From contig NW_021829430.1 of NCBI RefSeq assembly GCF_006345805.1, forward strand, positions 1-6,214: a DNA stretch of 6,214 nucleotides, given 5' to 3'. The position numbers and the translations under genes were made by a program. A model generated the notes under the pieces. It ran no database searches and had not been told where the DNA came from. It worked only from the letters and a program-made list of their open reading frames with translations. This DNA comes from Octopus sinensis. Its lineage: Eukaryota. Position 1 is the stretch's first letter; every line of letters begins with the position of its first letter. Positions 5,221 to 6,214 of this stretch are shown here, in pieces.

Positions 5221-5533
5221 AAGTGGCAAACTGGCAGACTCGTTAGCGCGTCGAACAAGATGTTCAGTGGGATTTTGTCCGTCTGTGCGTTGTGAGTTCA
5301 AATTCTGCCGAGGTCGACTTTGCCTTTCATCCTCTCGGGGTCGATAAACTAAAGTACCAGTGAAACACTCGGGTCGATGTAATCAACTAGTCCCCTCCTC
5401 CAAAATTTCAGGCCTTGTGCCTTTAGTAGAAAGGATTATTATTATTATCATTATTATTATTATTGTTGTTGTTGTTGTTATTGTTGTTGTTGTTGTTGAT
5501 TATTATTATTATCATCATCATCATCATCATCAT
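5221..5533 (+). mobile_element. tRNA-derived SINE family B, copy B4, with expanded trinucleotide tail
   Basis: Head AAGTGGCAAACTGGCAGACTCGTTAGC; B box GAGTTCAAATTCT; body and tail as in B1/B2; 99-bp compound trinucleotide tail. Confidence 0.9.
5435..5533. repeat. Compound trinucleotide (ATT)4 ATC (ATT)5 (GTT)5 ATT (GTT)5 G (ATT)4 (ATC)7
   Basis: Parsed directly from the sequence; it forms the tail of B4. Confidence 0.95.
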
Positions 5534-5683
5534 ACGCTCTAAGTTCAAATCCCACTTTTTATCCTTTCGGGGGTCGATAAAATAAAGTACTAGTTAAGTA
5601 CTGGGGTCAATGGTATCAACAACTGCCATTCCTTCCAAAATTGCTGGACTTGTGTCAAAATTGAAACCATTATTATTGTTGTT
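5534..5683 (+). mobile_element. tRNA-derived SINE family B, copy B5 (5'-truncated, internal deletion, variant tail)
   Basis: Starts ACGCTCTAAGTTCAAATCCCAC and lacks the GAGGTCGACTTTG segment. Continues ATCCTTTCGGGGGTCGATAAAATAAAGTACTAGT..CTGGGGTCAAT. Tail CCAAAATTGCTGGACTTGTGTCAAAATTGAAACC, then (ATT)3(GTT)2. Confidence 0.8.
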
Positions 5684-5784
5684 AGAGTTACACAATGTCC
5701 AGTTTACGTGAAAATGACGACGATGAGTTGAAAGGAACTCCAAAGTCGCCTGCTACCAACAGCAACATTAAACTCAGGTTATAA

Positions 5785-5890
5785 AGTAGTCACTTGTCAT
5801 GTTAAAAATAGCAGCTGAATCTTCCTCTATTTACAGTCAGCCGTCATAATTAAAGCTGGATGACTTGGACAATGTAGGCGCTTATATACA
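5785..5890 (+). repeat. Second, decayed fragment of dispersed repeat family C
   Basis: Inverted homology to 3590-3650 (core TGTTAAAAATAGCAGC at 5800-5815). Boundaries are approximate. Confidence 0.4.
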
Positions 5891-6015
5891 TAACATAAAT
5901 CATTAGTACACTTTATCAGAATTGACCAATAGCAACAACAAGAGACTGTATATAGAAAACTTACAGAAATTTCTGTAAACACAGATTGTCTGTCAGCCTG
6001 CCTCTTAAATGCAAA

Positions 6016-6214
6016 TACATTCATATGTAGATTCACATGTTAATACATGCGAATAGCCATGCATACATACGCATAGATACTTATACACAAACATTTATAG
6101 AATACACTCATACAAACTCAGATGTATGCATGCACACACATTCATGCAAGCATTTATGCATACACGCCTTCATTCATACATACAAGCACAATTACAAATG
6201 TTCGTTCATACAGA
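6016..6214. repeat. Decayed (CATA)n/(CA)n low-complexity tract
   Basis: Recurrent CATA/CATG/CACA units with many substitutions. Confidence 0.55.

Noticed and set aside
5132-5542. ORFs 5132-5347 and 5360-5542 (poly-I/V/Y/H, His-tag-like end)
   Set aside because: Translation of SINE B4 and its ATT/GTT/CAT tail; not a real transmembrane or His-rich protein.

Overview
AT-rich, non-coding eukaryotic DNA. I see no intact protein-coding gene, no true tRNA/rRNA gene and no CRISPR array; almost all listed ORFs are translations of microsatellites or repeats. Roughly 40% of the window is interspersed retroelement sequence and much of the rest is compound microsatellite. The repeat families look like those of octopus (coleoid cephalopod) genomes; this is recognition from memory, not a database result. 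Contents: (1) One tRNA-derived SINE of family A (941-1313, minus). (2) Five copies of a second tRNA-derived SINE, family B (2790-2980 +, 3349-3576 +, 4501-4728 - with a 20-bp TSD, 5221-5533 +, 5534-5683 +). They carry different 3' tails that nonetheless share a terminal hairpin with a CUUGU loop. (3) A 5'-truncated R4/Dong-type RLE LINE fragment (2981-3328, minus) inserted into the (ATT)n linker between two family-B SINEs. (4) The most interesting object: a ~0.4-kb element with 81-83-bp inverted arms (1464-1546 / 1740-1820). Its right arm overlaps a near-complete type I hammerhead ribozyme fold (1720-1792), with one core substitution at a CpG and a quasi-palindromic stem III. This arrangement fits a Penelope-like-element pseudo-LTR derivative. 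(5) A possible 3' splice site duplicated by a SINE TSD, with a speculative terminal exon from 4751.
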